NCBI GenBank assembly: GCA_046329775.1
Contig: JAXLTX010000004.1
Span: 152,968 to 216,967 of the forward strand
From: Chitinophagales bacterium
GTDB taxonomy: Bacteria; Bacteroidota; Bacteroidia; Chitinophagales; JADIYW01
Direction of reading: 5' to 3'
Length of the DNA stretch: 64,000 nt
How positions within the stretch are numbered: the first letter of the stretch is position 1; each line of letters opens with the position of its first letter. A program made the translations under genes and the position numbers. Shown piece by piece: positions 27,557-38,925 of the stretch. Under the pieces are notes generated by a model. It was given only the letters and a program-made list of their open reading frames with translations. It did not search any database and had not been told where the DNA came from.

Positions 27557-29674
27557 CTACCTGAACAGCTGATAGACAAAAAAAGAAACGACATATGCTG
27601 TACCCGTCATATACACAAACTGGATAACAGGCCATTTCCAGCTCTTTGTTTCGCGATATACGGTGGCGAGCGTACTCACACATTGCATGGCGAAGAGATA
27701 GAACAGCACCAGAGACAGGGCAACCGCCATGGTAAAGACAGGCTTTCCTTCCGCATTCTTCTCCTGCTGCAGTTTTTGGCGGATGGTGAGATTATCCGCA
27801 TCTTTTCCAATAGAATATAAGGTGGATATGGTTCCTACGAATACCTCACGGGCCGCAAAAGAAGTAATCAGTGCAATCCCGATTTTCCAGTCGAAACCCA
27901 ATGGCTTGATGACCGGCTCAATCAATCTTCCGGCGTAACCTGCGTAGGATGCTTCTAATTTTCTGGACGCAATCAACAGTTCGGTCTGTTGCGGATCGGC
28001 CTTCAGCATAGATGCTTCTATGATGGCTTCATTGCTGGCCTGCTCCATCGGTATCTTTGGACCAAAACTAGCCAAAAACCAAAGCACCAGCGATACCAAC
28101 AGTATGATTTTTCCTGCTCCAAACATAAAACTGCTCACTTTCTCATACAAGGTATAAAACACATTCTTCCAATGTGGCTTTCGGTATTCCGGCAATTCCA
28201 GCATCAGAAACGAAAACTCATCGGATTTCAGAACTTTCTTAAAAACATACGACGCCATCAATGCTGCAGATATGCCAATCAGGTATAAAATCATAAACAC
28301 AAGTCCCTGAGAATTCAGGAAACCAATCTTATAATTCGGGATAATAAAGCCGATCAGGACGGCAAAGACCGGAATTCTGGCGGAACAACTGATAAGCGGA
28401 GTGACCATAATCGTTATAAGCCTTTCTTTCCAGTTGCTGATGGTGCGGGTACTCATGATGGCCGGAATGGCGCAGGCGCCACCGGAAATCAGGGCGACGA
28501 TACTGCGTCCGTTCAACCCGAACTTCTGCATGATATTATCAAACATATAGACTGCACGCGCCATATAGCCAATTTCTTCCAGCAAGGTAATCAGCAGAAA
28601 TAAAATGGTGATTTGCGGCACAAAGACCAACACCCCGCTGATGCCGGGAATCAAACCCTCCGTCAGTAATCTGGACAGCAGATTGACCGGCAAGACTGAT
28701 TGCAGATAGGTGGCCAGATAGGCGAACTGCTGGTCAATCCAGTCCATTGGAATGACAGACCAGGCAAAAATAGCCTGAAAGATGAACAGCATCAGCCCGA
28801 AGAAAATCAGCGGACCGAAAACTTTATGCGTCACCACAAAATCTATCTTGTCTGTCAGGGTAACGGCATTGGTAAATGATCTGCTCAGCACACTGTTTAC
28901 GATTGGCGTAAACTTGTTGTATCGCTGCATGATTTCATCCAATTGATTGTTGATGGGATTGAAATTTGCCTGCTGCACCATATCCAGCAGCTGCCTGTGC
29001 TGTGTATCTTTCAGGAAACTTATTTTTTTAGCATGATGTGCCAGCAGCAAGGCATGGTATTCATTTTTCACCGAAAGCAAGTTGCCGACTTTTGCGGCCA
29101 TTTCTTTCTCCTCCGGAATCAAATCATAGAATGCGGAAGGCTGAGGCACTGAACTTTTCTCAGTGAGCAGATGATTCATTTTCTGTTTTACCGCATCAAT
29201 GCCCTCACCGGTTCTGCCATTTATTTTTATGAAGGTGAGACCAAACGCTTCGCTTAATTTATTTTCATCACAAACGATGTTTTGCTGAGCGGCGATGTCG
29301 TTCATATTCATGGCCACCACCATTGGAAATCCTAAATCTATAATTTGGGTGAGCAGCAACAAGTGTCTTTCGAGGTGTGTGACATCCAAAATGTAAATGA
29401 TAGCATCCGGATGGTCGCGGTTGTTCGTATCCATCAGCGCATTCACGGCAATACGCTCATCCAGCGAGGTGGGATACAGGCTGTAGGTGCCAGGCAAGTC
29501 GATGATTTCAATCTCTCCGATATGTTCCGATTTGATAAAACCGCTTTTGCGTTCTACGGTAACACCTGGAAAATTACCCACTTTCTGGCGTAGGCCTGTC
29601 AGCTGATTGAAGAGAGAAGACTTTCCTGCGTTAGGATTTCCCAGAAGTGCTATTTTCTTTACGGTTTCTGACAT
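27557..29674 (-). CDS. feoB: ferrous iron transport protein B
   Basis: 705 aa with the N-terminal GTPase motifs GNPNAGKSSLFNQLTG and DLPGTYSL, followed by a polytopic Gate-domain membrane part. Confidence 0.95.
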   Translation of the reverse strand: MSETVKKIALLGNPNAGKSSLFNQLTGLRQKVGNFPGVTVERKSGFIKSEHIGEIEIIDLPGTYSLYPTSLDERIAVNALMDTNNRDHPDAIIYILDVTHLERHLLLLTQIIDLGFPMVVAMNMNDIAAQQNIVCDENKLSEAFGLTFIKINGRTGEGIDAVKQKMNHLLTEKSSVPQPSAFYDLIPEEKEMAAKVGNLLSVKNEYHALLLAHHAKKISFLKDTQHRQLLDMVQQANFNPINNQLDEIMQRYNKFTPIVNSVLSRSFTNAVTLTDKIDFVVTHKVFGPLIFFGLMLFIFQAIFAWSVIPMDWIDQQFAYLATYLQSVLPVNLLSRLLTEGLIPGISGVLVFVPQITILFLLITLLEEIGYMARAVYMFDNIMQKFGLNGRSIVALISGGACAIPAIMSTRTISNWKERLITIMVTPLISCSARIPVFAVLIGFIIPNYKIGFLNSQGLVFMILYLIGISAALMASYVFKKVLKSDEFSFLMLELPEYRKPHWKNVFYTLYEKVSSFMFGAGKIILLVSLVLWFLASFGPKIPMEQASNEAIIEASMLKADPQQTELLIASRKLEASYAGYAGRLIEPVIKPLGFDWKIGIALITSFAAREVFVGTISTLYSIGKDADNLTIRQKLQQEKNAEGKPVFTMAVALSLVLFYLFAMQCVSTLATVYRETKSWKWPVIQFVYMTGTAYVVSFFVYQLFR

Positions 29675-29910
29675 TACACAACGGGAGTTAACAGTACACT
29701 TTGGGCTTCATGGCTGCGAAGCGCCACATAATGATTTTTTGATTTGATGTAAAAGGCTCCGCCGAAGGGTGATTTCCGTTGCAGGGAAATCACGGAACCG
29801 GGCAGAAGTCCCATGGCCATTAACTTGCAGGCAACATGGCAATTGGAAAACTCGCTGATGATGGCAGTTGATCCGATTTGAAGTTCTGTTATGTTTTTAG
29901 GCTGTCCCAA
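29674..29910 (-). CDS. feoA: ferrous iron transport protein A (FeoA)
   Basis: 78 aa SH3-like protein (LQIGSTAIISEF...KLMAMGLLPGSVISL). Its stop overlaps the feoB ATG (TAATG). The only in-frame start seen is TTG. Confidence 0.85.
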   Translation of the reverse strand: MGQPKNITELQIGSTAIISEFSNCHVACKLMAMGLLPGSVISLQRKSPFGGAFYIKSKNHYVALRSHEAQSVLLTPVV

Positions 29911-29937
29911 TGCTATTTAAATTAAATCTAAATAGCA
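29911..29937. promoter_or_regulatory. AT-rich 9-bp inverted repeat abutting the feoA start; candidate Fur-family operator overlapping the promoter
   Basis: TGCTATTTA (29911-29919), 9-nt spacer, TAAATAGCA (29929-37): perfect 9/9 arms. On the minus strand it overlaps a TAATTTAA -7-like element 6 nt before the TTG. Confidence 0.45.
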
Positions 29938-30037
29938 AAAATACATGGTAATTTTGACAATTCAGCATTTTGCAGACCCTGAAATTCAGATTACCTAAGA
30001 TTAGTGATGGTGAATTGGATGTTTAATATTTTAAAAG

Positions 30038-30045
30038 TATATTTG
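30038..30045 (+). promoter_or_regulatory. -7 box TATATTTG upstream of ATG 30059 (13 nt)
   Basis: Exact TAnnTTTG match. Confidence 0.4.
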
Positions 30046-30058
30046 AAAACAAATCCTC

Positions 30059-31522
30059 ATGAAAAGAAATATAATCCTGCTACTCTCCTTTTTAATTTAT
30101 CATATTAATTTGTTTGCGGAGGAATACAATAAGTTACCGGTTATAAATGCTGCTACTAACAGAGCTGATTGGTACGACGTACAGAAAAAAGAATATTCAG
30201 GTTGGAAAATATCCCCGGAAATAACCCCCGATACCTGGCGGGTAGTTTGCGATAGTCAGGCTACGCATATCTTATACACAGATATGGATTCATTTTCCGT
30301 AACTCTTAGCCTAGGTGACACGACGGATTTTTATGTGAAGCTGGGCACCAAATATGCGCTAACCAGAATCATCGGACAAAAGAAACCCGTAAGAATGCTA
30401 AACGACTCTTATATAAAAGAACATAAAAATGCTTATTTCGTCAACATTCCGGAACTGTATGAACTTTTTTATATCATCGCTTCCATTACACCAACCGGCA
30501 TAGAAAATCCGGTCTTATTTAACAATCACACTTCCTATTATAAAGAGGTAAAAGAACACTTTTATCCCTTCAGAAAAGACAGCATTGTAAATGCCGTTGA
30601 AAATGCGGTAAAGCATCTTGATCTATTGATGTTTTCAAAAACCAAACAGTATTACAGCAGAAATGGTACATTATCTATGGGTTACAATTACTAGTTTGAC
30701 ATCTATAATTTCATCAACACCACCCATAATTCCAATCAACTTGCCATCAGTAAAAACGGGGCCGTAACTTTCAATCCGCTTTATAACCTTTCGGACAGAA
30801 AATTTTCCAAGTCTGACAGCTTTTTCATCCGTCAGTTGAATGCTTTTATAGAAAAGACAGACTTCATCAATTTTTTCAAAGACCACGACAGTCTATATAA
30901 GGCAGTAAAGTTAAATTATGATCGTTTTGTTGATATGAATACCATATGGAACTGGAGCGAGAAACGTTTCGAGAAATTGACGGATAGCTACACCACCACC
31001 ATTTCCTTATTATGCGGCTCTAAATTCAATGCCAGATTTTCGTATAAATATGCTTTTGACAATTTTACGGAATTACAGTTATTCAATACAACGCCTTACA
31101 TATATCCCAATATGACAGAAAAAGAGATTATGGCGAACAATACGGTTCCTGTTTACACTCTACAGAGCCGGCAGTACCTCTATAAATTATTCCAGGGATA
31201 TAACTCCCGGAAATTTTCAGGATTCACCAACATCAAGAAATGGTATTTTGATAACAACATTCAAAAATCAGATAACGTATCTCCTTTTGCTATTTTCTAT
31301 GAATATCTGGATTGGGTTATCACTACTGACTTTATCCGAAATAATTATGAGAAGAAAATGAGTGTAAAATGGATAGATCGGATACATGATGTTGCCGCCA
31401 GTCAAGGATTCCTGAAAATCAGGGAATTTGATGCCGAATTTCAGCGACTGATCGATCTGTCAAAAGACAAAAAAATCGCATCCGTTGTAGATGCGTTATA
31501 CAATTGGTGCATTAAACCATAA
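30059..31522 (+). pseudogene. hypothetical secreted protein gene (488 codons) interrupted by one in-frame TAG at 30692-30694
   Basis: Track ORFs 30059..30694 and 30836..31522 are in the same frame. The 141 nt between them contain no further stop and translate coherently (...SMGYNY*FDIYNFINTTHNSNQLAISKNGAVTFNPLYNLSDRKFSKSDSFFIRQLNAFIEK...). Confidence 0.7.
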
Positions 31523-31524
31523 AG

Positions 31525-32619
31525 TTATTTCGGCGCCCGGATGATGAGCAATACGGCAATCACTCCAAAGATTATATTGGGTATCCAGACCGCAATCAAT
31601 GGGTCCAGGTTTCCTTTAGTGGCAAAGACCGTAGAAAACTGCTGAATGATGATATACGCTCCGCTCAGCAACATACCCGCCACAATGTACAACCCCATGC
31701 CGTTTCGCACCTTTTTAGTTGTCATGGCCACCGCAATCAATGTAAGAATGATGGTAGAAAACGGGATGGCCGTTCTGCGGAATTTTTCCACTTCATAGAT
31801 CTTAACATTCTCATTTCCCTTGTGTTTCTGGTCTATGATGAATTGCTTCAACTCCGCGGTGGTCATGGTTTCTATATCATAGTTCTGCTTGACATATTCC
31901 TTCGTGGTAATCGGCAATGTCATCATCGTATCCGTTCCCATGCCCACACTGTCTCGGTTGCCGATATTTTTACGGAAGGTCCAGTTCATCAGTTTCCACT
32001 TCTTCCTCGTGGTATCCCAAATCATATTCTCTGCCGTAAATTTATAGCGTTGCACCTTGTTCTTAATCTCCTCCATCGTAAACTTAAAACCGCTGTTGGC
32101 ATTGATATCATACGACTGCGTATAGATAAAGGTATCCTTCCCAATCTGAAAATGATAGTTGATATCGGAGGTACGCTGGTCTTTCTTGGATGCATAGGTT
32201 TCCTCAAATCTGATCTTCACCTTGTTGGATTTGGGCAACAGCTGATGGTTGTAAAAACCGAACAGCAATGCCAGCATCGTGGCGGTAAACAGATACGGAT
32301 ATAACAATCTGTAAAAACTGACCCCGCCGTTCAGCATACAGATCACTTCCGTGTTGGAGGTGAGTCTCGAGGTAAAGTACACCACGGATATAAACACGAA
32401 GATAGGCGCCAGCATCAAGCCTATCCAGGGAATGAAATTCAGGTAATAATCAAAAACGATGGCATGCAGAGGCGCATTATTGCTAATGAAATCATCAATC
32501 TTTTCTGTGATATCAATCACAATTGCAATCGCACTCAGCAGGAAAATCGCGAAGAAGAACGTCACGAGAAACTTTTTGATGATATACCGGTCGAGTGTTT
32601 TCAAGAGCTTGATGAACAA
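31525..32619 (-). CDS. LptF/LptG family LPS export permease
   Basis: 364 aa with an N-terminal LDRYIIKKFLVTFFFAIFLL (YjgP/YjgQ family), 6 TM helices and a periplasmic beta-jellyroll insert. TTG start as listed. Confidence 0.85.
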   Translation of the reverse strand: MFIKLLKTLDRYIIKKFLVTFFFAIFLLSAIAIVIDITEKIDDFISNNAPLHAIVFDYYLNFIPWIGLMLAPIFVFISVVYFTSRLTSNTEVICMLNGGVSFYRLLYPYLFTATMLALLFGFYNHQLLPKSNKVKIRFEETYASKKDQRTSDINYHFQIGKDTFIYTQSYDINANSGFKFTMEEIKNKVQRYKFTAENMIWDTTRKKWKLMNWTFRKNIGNRDSVGMGTDTMMTLPITTKEYVKQNYDIETMTTAELKQFIIDQKHKGNENVKIYEVEKFRRTAIPFSTIILTLIAVAMTTKKVRNGMGLYIVAGMLLSGAYIIIQQFSTVFATKGNLDPLIAVWIPNIIFGVIAVLLIIRAPK

Positions 32620-32633
32620 TTAACGATGAACAA

Positions 32634-33764
32634 TTATAATCTATTGGATAACTTCGGTACCATTTCATTTTTCCATGCCGTAAAGGTACCTTCTTTTATC
32701 TTGTTTCGGGCTTCTGTCACCAGCCACAGATAAAAGGAGAGATTATGCAAACTCGCGATTTGTGCAGCCAGGTATTCCTCCACCACAAAAAGATGTCTCA
32801 AATAGGCTTTCGTATGCTTTCTGCTCGTTTCAGCCGGCACATTCTTGTCAATCGGCGAGAAATCTTCTTTCCATTTCTGGTTTTTGATATTGATGATGCC
32901 TTCCGAAGTGAACAGCAATCCGTGCCTTGCATTCCGGGTCGGCATCACACAGTCGAACATATCGATGCCCAAGGCGATGGATTCCAGGATATTCACCGGT
33001 GTTCCTACGCCCATGAGGTAGCGTGGCTTATCTTTAGGCAAGATACCGCACACCAGATCCGTCATCTCATACATGATTTCCGCCGGCTCCCCTACCGCCA
33101 ATCCGCCAATGGCATTGGCAGGACGGTTCTGCTCAGCGATGAATTCCGCAGACGCTGTACGCAAATCTCTGTAAACACTGCCCTGAACGATCGGAATCAA
33201 GGTTTGTTCGTAACCATATAAGGGTTCTGTCGTGTCGAAACGCTGTACGCATCGCTGCAGCCAGTCGTGCGTGATCTTCAGTGATTTCTTTGCATACTTG
33301 TATTCGCACGGGTAGGGCGTACATTCATCAAAAGCCATGATGAAATCGGCACCGATGATGCGCTGTGTATCCATCACATTCTCCGGAGTAAACAGATGCC
33401 TGCTGCCGTCGATATGCGACTGAAAGGTAACCCCCTGTTCGTTCAGCTTTCTGCGGTGCGACAGTGAGTATACCTGATAACCGCCGCTGTCCGTCAGTAT
33501 GGGCTTTTGCCAGGTGTTGAAGGCATGTAGACCACCTGCTTTTTTCAAGATATCCAGGCCGGGACGGAGGTATAAATGATAGGTATTGCCCAGAATGATC
33601 TGTGCCTTCACTTCGGTTTCCAGTTCGGAAAAATGGACCGCCTTTACGGTGCCCTGCGTTCCCACCGGCATAAAAATAGGCGTCTCTACCGTGCCGTGAT
33701 CCGTGGTGATCAGTCCGGCGCGGGCGTTGGAATGTTCGTCTTTGTGCTGTATCTCGTATTTCAT
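32634..33764 (-). CDS. tgt: tRNA-guanosine(34) transglycosylase
   Basis: 376 aa with TPIFMPVGTQGTVK, TDSGGYQVYSL, MAFDECTPYP and GLAVGEP. Confidence 0.96.
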   Translation of the reverse strand: MKYEIQHKDEHSNARAGLITTDHGTVETPIFMPVGTQGTVKAVHFSELETEVKAQIILGNTYHLYLRPGLDILKKAGGLHAFNTWQKPILTDSGGYQVYSLSHRRKLNEQGVTFQSHIDGSRHLFTPENVMDTQRIIGADFIMAFDECTPYPCEYKYAKKSLKITHDWLQRCVQRFDTTEPLYGYEQTLIPIVQGSVYRDLRTASAEFIAEQNRPANAIGGLAVGEPAEIMYEMTDLVCGILPKDKPRYLMGVGTPVNILESIALGIDMFDCVMPTRNARHGLLFTSEGIINIKNQKWKEDFSPIDKNVPAETSRKHTKAYLRHLFVVEEYLAAQIASLHNLSFYLWLVTEARNKIKEGTFTAWKNEMVPKLSNRL

Positions 33765-33802
33765 TCTTTAAACACGTCGCCACATCTTTCTTTTCCGTAT
33801 CA

Positions 33803-34957
33803 ATGTGGCTTATTTATAAAATTTTAAAAGGTCAAAAATACGACAAAAACCTCTATTTTTATTGGGTGAATTTTCTGCTGTATTTCTTTATCATTTGTTG
33901 TGTTTATCAGATTGCATATCAATTGCTGCTGCTTGTTACAATTGTACGACACAAAAGAAAATCAGTAACTCAACCATTCAATCCTTCAAAAACGCCTGCT
34001 GTTTCCGTTGTTATCTGTGCAAAAAACGAAACGGAAAATCTGCAAAAGCATCTTCCTTACGTGCTGAATCAGGATTACCCCGATTTCGAGGTGATTCTGG
34101 TTGATGACGGCTCTGATGAACCATTGAACATAACACATGACCGGTTAACAATCGTTACCATAAAAAAAGGGGAGAAAAAGGGATTGGGAAAAAAACATGC
34201 CTTACGCAACGGAATCTTGGCTGCCAGAAATGAACTGGTTCTTTTAACGGATGCCGACTGCCAGCCTGTTTCCAAAAACTGGATCACTGAAATGACTGGC
34301 TGTATAACGGGAGAGCAAAAGATCGTATTAGGCATTTCACCTTATAAGACAGCATCGTCGATTTTAAATGGATTAATTGAATACGAAACGGCACAGACCG
34401 CACTGCAATATATTGGCTTCGCATTACTAGGAAATCCCTACATGAGCGTGGGAAGAAATGTGCTGTATGACCGGAATCTATTATTGCAAAAAAAGTGGAC
34501 GAAAGAAGAATTATCCATCGCATCCGGCGATGATGACCTGGCGATTCAAACGCTGGCGACGCAAGAAAATACAACTGTATGTTTATCAAAAGAAAGTCAC
34601 ACCATCAGTGAGCCTAAGAAAACATGGAAAGATTTTATCCAACAAAAAATGCGACATTACGAGAGTGGAAGTTTATATAAATTATCGCATAGGATACTAT
34701 TAGGCTCTTATCTAACGGCTAAACTTTTTCTGTATGCTTGTTTTCTTATCTTACTTACAACCAATGCAGCTGTGTTCTGTGTAATCATTCTACTGACCTA
34801 TCAAATTTCTCTGACACTTATAAGCAGCATCCTATACAACAATAGCGGCATAAACAAACAATGGCCTTTTGCGTTTTTGAATGACATCTTATATTGTATT
34901 TTTACTGTCACACTGGGCTTGCGAAGCCGCACAAAACCTGTAAAAAATTGGAAGTAA
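33803..34957 (+). CDS. membrane glycosyltransferase family 2
   Basis: N-terminal TM helices, then VSVVICAKNETENLQKHLPYVLNQDYPDFEVILVDDGSDE, LLTDADC, and C-terminal TM helices. Confidence 0.8.
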   Translation: MWLIYKILKGQKYDKNLYFYWVNFLLYFFIICCVYQIAYQLLLLVTIVRHKRKSVTQPFNPSKTPAVSVVICAKNETENLQKHLPYVLNQDYPDFEVILVDDGSDEPLNITHDRLTIVTIKKGEKKGLGKKHALRNGILAARNELVLLTDADCQPVSKNWITEMTGCITGEQKIVLGISPYKTASSILNGLIEYETAQTALQYIGFALLGNPYMSVGRNVLYDRNLLLQKKWTKEELSIASGDDDLAIQTLATQENTTVCLSKESHTISEPKKTWKDFIQQKMRHYESGSLYKLSHRILLGSYLTAKLFLYACFLILLTTNAAVFCVIILLTYQISLTLISSILYNNSGINKQWPFAFLNDILYCIFTVTLGLRSRTKPVKNWK

Positions 34958-35529
34958 AAAACCATAATACGATTGACAACAAATTGCTGACTGCTGCAAA
35001 AAACGGCGACCAGAAAGCCTACACGGCCTTGATGGAAAAATACAGGAAATCTGTCTATCACCTGATCGTCAAGATAGTAAAATCGCCGGAAGATGCGGAG
35101 GACCTGATGATTGAATCCTTTGCCAAGGCATTCGACCGGCTTGACCAATACTCCCCGGATTTTGCCTTTTCCACCTGGCTCTATAAGATCACTTCCAACA
35201 CGTGCATCGACTTCCTGCGAAAGAAAAGCATCGATAAGGTTTCGCTGGAAAAAGAAGGAAAAGTCATTCTGGACAATCTGCATTTCAGCACCCATTCCAA
35301 TCCGGAAATGGATCTGATAAAATCTCAGCGCATTGACAGATTGCAGCATGCTGTCAGCTCCATGGATGAGATATTTTCCCGCGTGATTGCATTGCGCTAT
35401 TTCAAGGAATACAGTTACGATGAGATCTCCGAGGAATTAAACATTCCGGTGGGTACCATAAAGGTACAACTGCACAGAGCAAAAAAGATACTGATGGAAA
35501 AGTTCATGGACGAAAAAGATAAGTGGTAA
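34894..35529 (+). CDS. RNA polymerase sigma-70 factor, ECF subfamily
   Basis: Region 2 (AEDLMIESFAKAFDRLDQYSPDFAFSTWLYKITSNTCIDFLRK) and region 4 (YDEISEELNIPVGTIKVQLHRAKK). The start is uncertain. An in-frame TTG at 34948 would reduce the overlap with the upstream GT2 to 10 nt. Confidence 0.85.
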   Translation: MYFYCHTGLAKPHKTCKKLEVKNHNTIDNKLLTAAKNGDQKAYTALMEKYRKSVYHLIVKIVKSPEDAEDLMIESFAKAFDRLDQYSPDFAFSTWLYKITSNTCIDFLRKKSIDKVSLEKEGKVILDNLHFSTHSNPEMDLIKSQRIDRLQHAVSSMDEIFSRVIALRYFKEYSYDEISEELNIPVGTIKVQLHRAKKILMEKFMDEKDKW

Positions 35530-35541
35530 ATGGTGAATAAA

Positions 35542-36807
35542 TCACTTTAACACCGTCAGTTTCTTTGTTACAGAAAAGTCATCGTTATAAATATTCATCA
35601 CATAGGTGCCGGTTTTCAGAGTCGCCATTTCAATCATGGCATCTGAACTGATTTCTGTGGTATAAACCTTTTCTCCTAAAGCATTGAAAATATCTATGAT
35701 AAAATATCCGGCTTTTGTTCCGGGCAATCCTTCAATTGTCAGGTAATTCTGAATCGGATTCGGATAAATTTTCAGCCTTCGGTTATTCTGCACGGCAAGC
35801 CCCGTCGTTCTGGAACATTTGTCTGTCGCAATGATCTCAGGTCTCACAATATCCAATACGGCATTCATTCTGTCCACCTGTCCTTTGGTAAAGAGCACCA
35901 TACACGCATCATCGGTATAATCCATGTAATTCTGATACATGACACCCGGAGAAGTGCCGGTACAGTTGTCCGTTCTGATACCAGACGGACAGCCAATGGT
36001 CTCTCGTTCCTGGTCGGGGGTATCTGCTACATGATCCGTACCTCTGCAATCATTATCGTCACCCCATATATGTTCGAGATTCAGCCAGTGGCCAATTTCG
36101 TGGGTGGCGGTTCGTCCGGAATTGTACGGGGGCACAACCGTCCCGATGGTTCCGAAATACTTATACCCTATGACCACCCCATCTGTTTCCGGCTGTGTGG
36201 CCAGCTGTGACGGAAACTGAGCATACCCTAACAGATTACCCCCTAGATTACAGACCCATATATTCAGATATTGCGTTGCATCCCAGGCATCCGCCCCGCC
36301 TCTTGCAGAAAATTTCACATCATTGTTGTCGGAAAACGAAGCCAATGCCGTTTGGGTTCTGGTAATTCCGGAAGTGGCGTTTCCATCCGGATCCGTGCGG
36401 GTCAGACAGAATTCCAGCTTTGCATTTCCCGTCAGGTTAAAGAAGGGCTGGGTAGATAACAGCTTATCCGCATTGGAATTACTGAAATCCTTGTTTAATC
36501 GGTCAATCTGGGATTGTATCTGGGCTTCCGATATGTTCTGGGCTTCCGTATTGTACACCACATGCACCACAACAGGAATGGTCACCGCTGCCTGAATGCC
36601 GTTCTCTCGCTTCGTTGCGTTCTGTACTATCCAGTGCCGAATATCCGACTCGAGTTGCTGTTTCCGCATAATAGCATCCGGCTGGACAAGGGCATTTCTT
36701 TTAAAAACTTCCACCGTTGAGCAGCGAATGGTATCTGCCCCCAGACTCAAAGACACACCTGATACCATCAGAATTCCCAAAAAGAAGATACGCAGCCCTT
36801 TCAACAT
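35542..36807 (-). CDS. zinc metalloprotease (M43 pappalysin/cytophagalysin-like) with a T9SS C-terminal sorting domain
   Basis: HEIGHWLNLEHIWGDD zinc motif. The C-terminal ~80 aa (KIYPNPIQNYLTIEG...GTYVMNIY...KLTVLK) resemble a Por CTD. Confidence 0.8.
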   Translation of the reverse strand: MLKGLRIFFLGILMVSGVSLSLGADTIRCSTVEVFKRNALVQPDAIMRKQQLESDIRHWIVQNATKRENGIQAAVTIPVVVHVVYNTEAQNISEAQIQSQIDRLNKDFSNSNADKLLSTQPFFNLTGNAKLEFCLTRTDPDGNATSGITRTQTALASFSDNNDVKFSARGGADAWDATQYLNIWVCNLGGNLLGYAQFPSQLATQPETDGVVIGYKYFGTIGTVVPPYNSGRTATHEIGHWLNLEHIWGDDNDCRGTDHVADTPDQERETIGCPSGIRTDNCTGTSPGVMYQNYMDYTDDACMVLFTKGQVDRMNAVLDIVRPEIIATDKCSRTTGLAVQNNRRLKIYPNPIQNYLTIEGLPGTKAGYFIIDIFNALGEKVYTTEISSDAMIEMATLKTGTYVMNIYNDDFSVTKKLTVLK

Positions 36808-36811
36808 ACTT

Positions 36812-36819
36812 CAAAAGTA
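36812..36819 (-). promoter_or_regulatory. -7 box TACTTTTG, 4 nt upstream of the M43 protease ATG (leaderless-type)
   Basis: Minus strand reads TACTTTTG-aagt-ATG. Confidence 0.5.
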
Positions 36820-36932
36820 CATCATTCCTGCCTAATCGGCTGACATTTCCATGCATTTCCGCCTAAAAATTACTAAATCTTTATATGTTGACAACTTTTT
36901 GACTGCGATTTTGAAAAACAAGCACTTAAGCG

Positions 36933-36940
36933 TACTTTTG
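36933..36940 (+). promoter_or_regulatory. -7 box TACTTTTG upstream of atpD (34 nt before the ATG; leadered)
   Basis: Exact TAnnTTTG match in the 167-nt intergenic region. Confidence 0.45.
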
Positions 36941-36959
36941 CACCGAATTTTAAATCTAA

Positions 36960-38480
<1,521 letters not shown>

Positions 38481-38489
38481 TCAGACAAC

Positions 38490-38735
38490 ATGCAATTAAA
38501 CATTCTCACACCTGAATTAAATGTATTCTCCGGCGAAGTGGATTCCGTTCAACTTTGCGGTGCACATGGAAAATTTGAGGTTCTGAACAATCACGCACCT
38601 ATGATCGCTTCTATAGTGGAAGGCACCGTGAAAATCAAATCCGGCTCCAACAAACAGGTGTTTAAGGTTAAAAGCGGTATTGTAGAGGTCTTGAAAAACA
38701 ATGTTTCTGTACTTACAGAGGGTGTAATCGAGTAA
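38490..38735 (+). CDS. atpC: F0F1 ATP synthase subunit epsilon (short form)
   Basis: 81 aa directly after atpD, with an N-terminal beta-sandwich pattern (LNILTPE...F.GEV..V...G..G.FEVL.NHAP). Confidence 0.85.
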   Translation: MQLNILTPELNVFSGEVDSVQLCGAHGKFEVLNNHAPMIASIVEGTVKIKSGSNKQVFKVKSGIVEVLKNNVSVLTEGVIE

Positions 38736-38760
38736 ACTCATTCCCTACCAATCATAAAAA

Positions 38761-38791
38761 GCGGCGTTCAGAGTGAACGCCGCTTTTTTTT
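38761..38791. terminator. intrinsic terminator after atpDC (potentially bidirectional)
   Basis: GCGGCGTTC (38761-69) pairs with GAACGCCGC (38775-83) around a 5-nt loop. T8 follows (38784-91) and A5 precedes. Confidence 0.85.
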
Positions 38792-38925
38792 GCCATTCAT
38801 CCTACCCTAAAGTACCAACCATCTCCATTTTTCCGCCTAATACTAATTCATTATCGAAATGCCACCTTTCTATATTGACAAATATCAAGAATAGTCGCAC
38901 CTTGATAGAATAAAATCTATACTCT

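Noticed and set aside
30692-30694. In-frame TAG as programmed pyrrolysine or another recoding event
   Set aside because: No pyl genes or recoding signals are visible in the window, and all other genes here terminate normally, including on TAG. A nonsense mutation or a sequencing error is more parsimonious. It is kept only as a low-probability alternative.
30671-30886. Minus-strand 71-aa ORF with a CBS-domain-like stretch (PVFTDGKLIGIMGGVDEII) spanning the gap between the two halves of the TAG-interrupted gene
   Set aside because: It lies exactly antisense to a stretch that is open and coherent in the + frame shared by both flanking ORFs. It is best explained as a shadow ORF. The resemblance is too short to support a CBS call.
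33328-33783. 151-aa Arg/Gly/His-rich ORF overlapping tgt in another frame
   Set aside because: It is an alternative-frame artefact of the strongly supported tgt gene. Its composition is typical of off-frame translation.
38860-38910. Short inverted repeat ATCAAG-N11-CTTGAT upstream of the DoxX-like gene as an operator
   Set aside because: The arms are only 6 bp in AT-rich DNA, which is expected by chance, and there is no supporting context.
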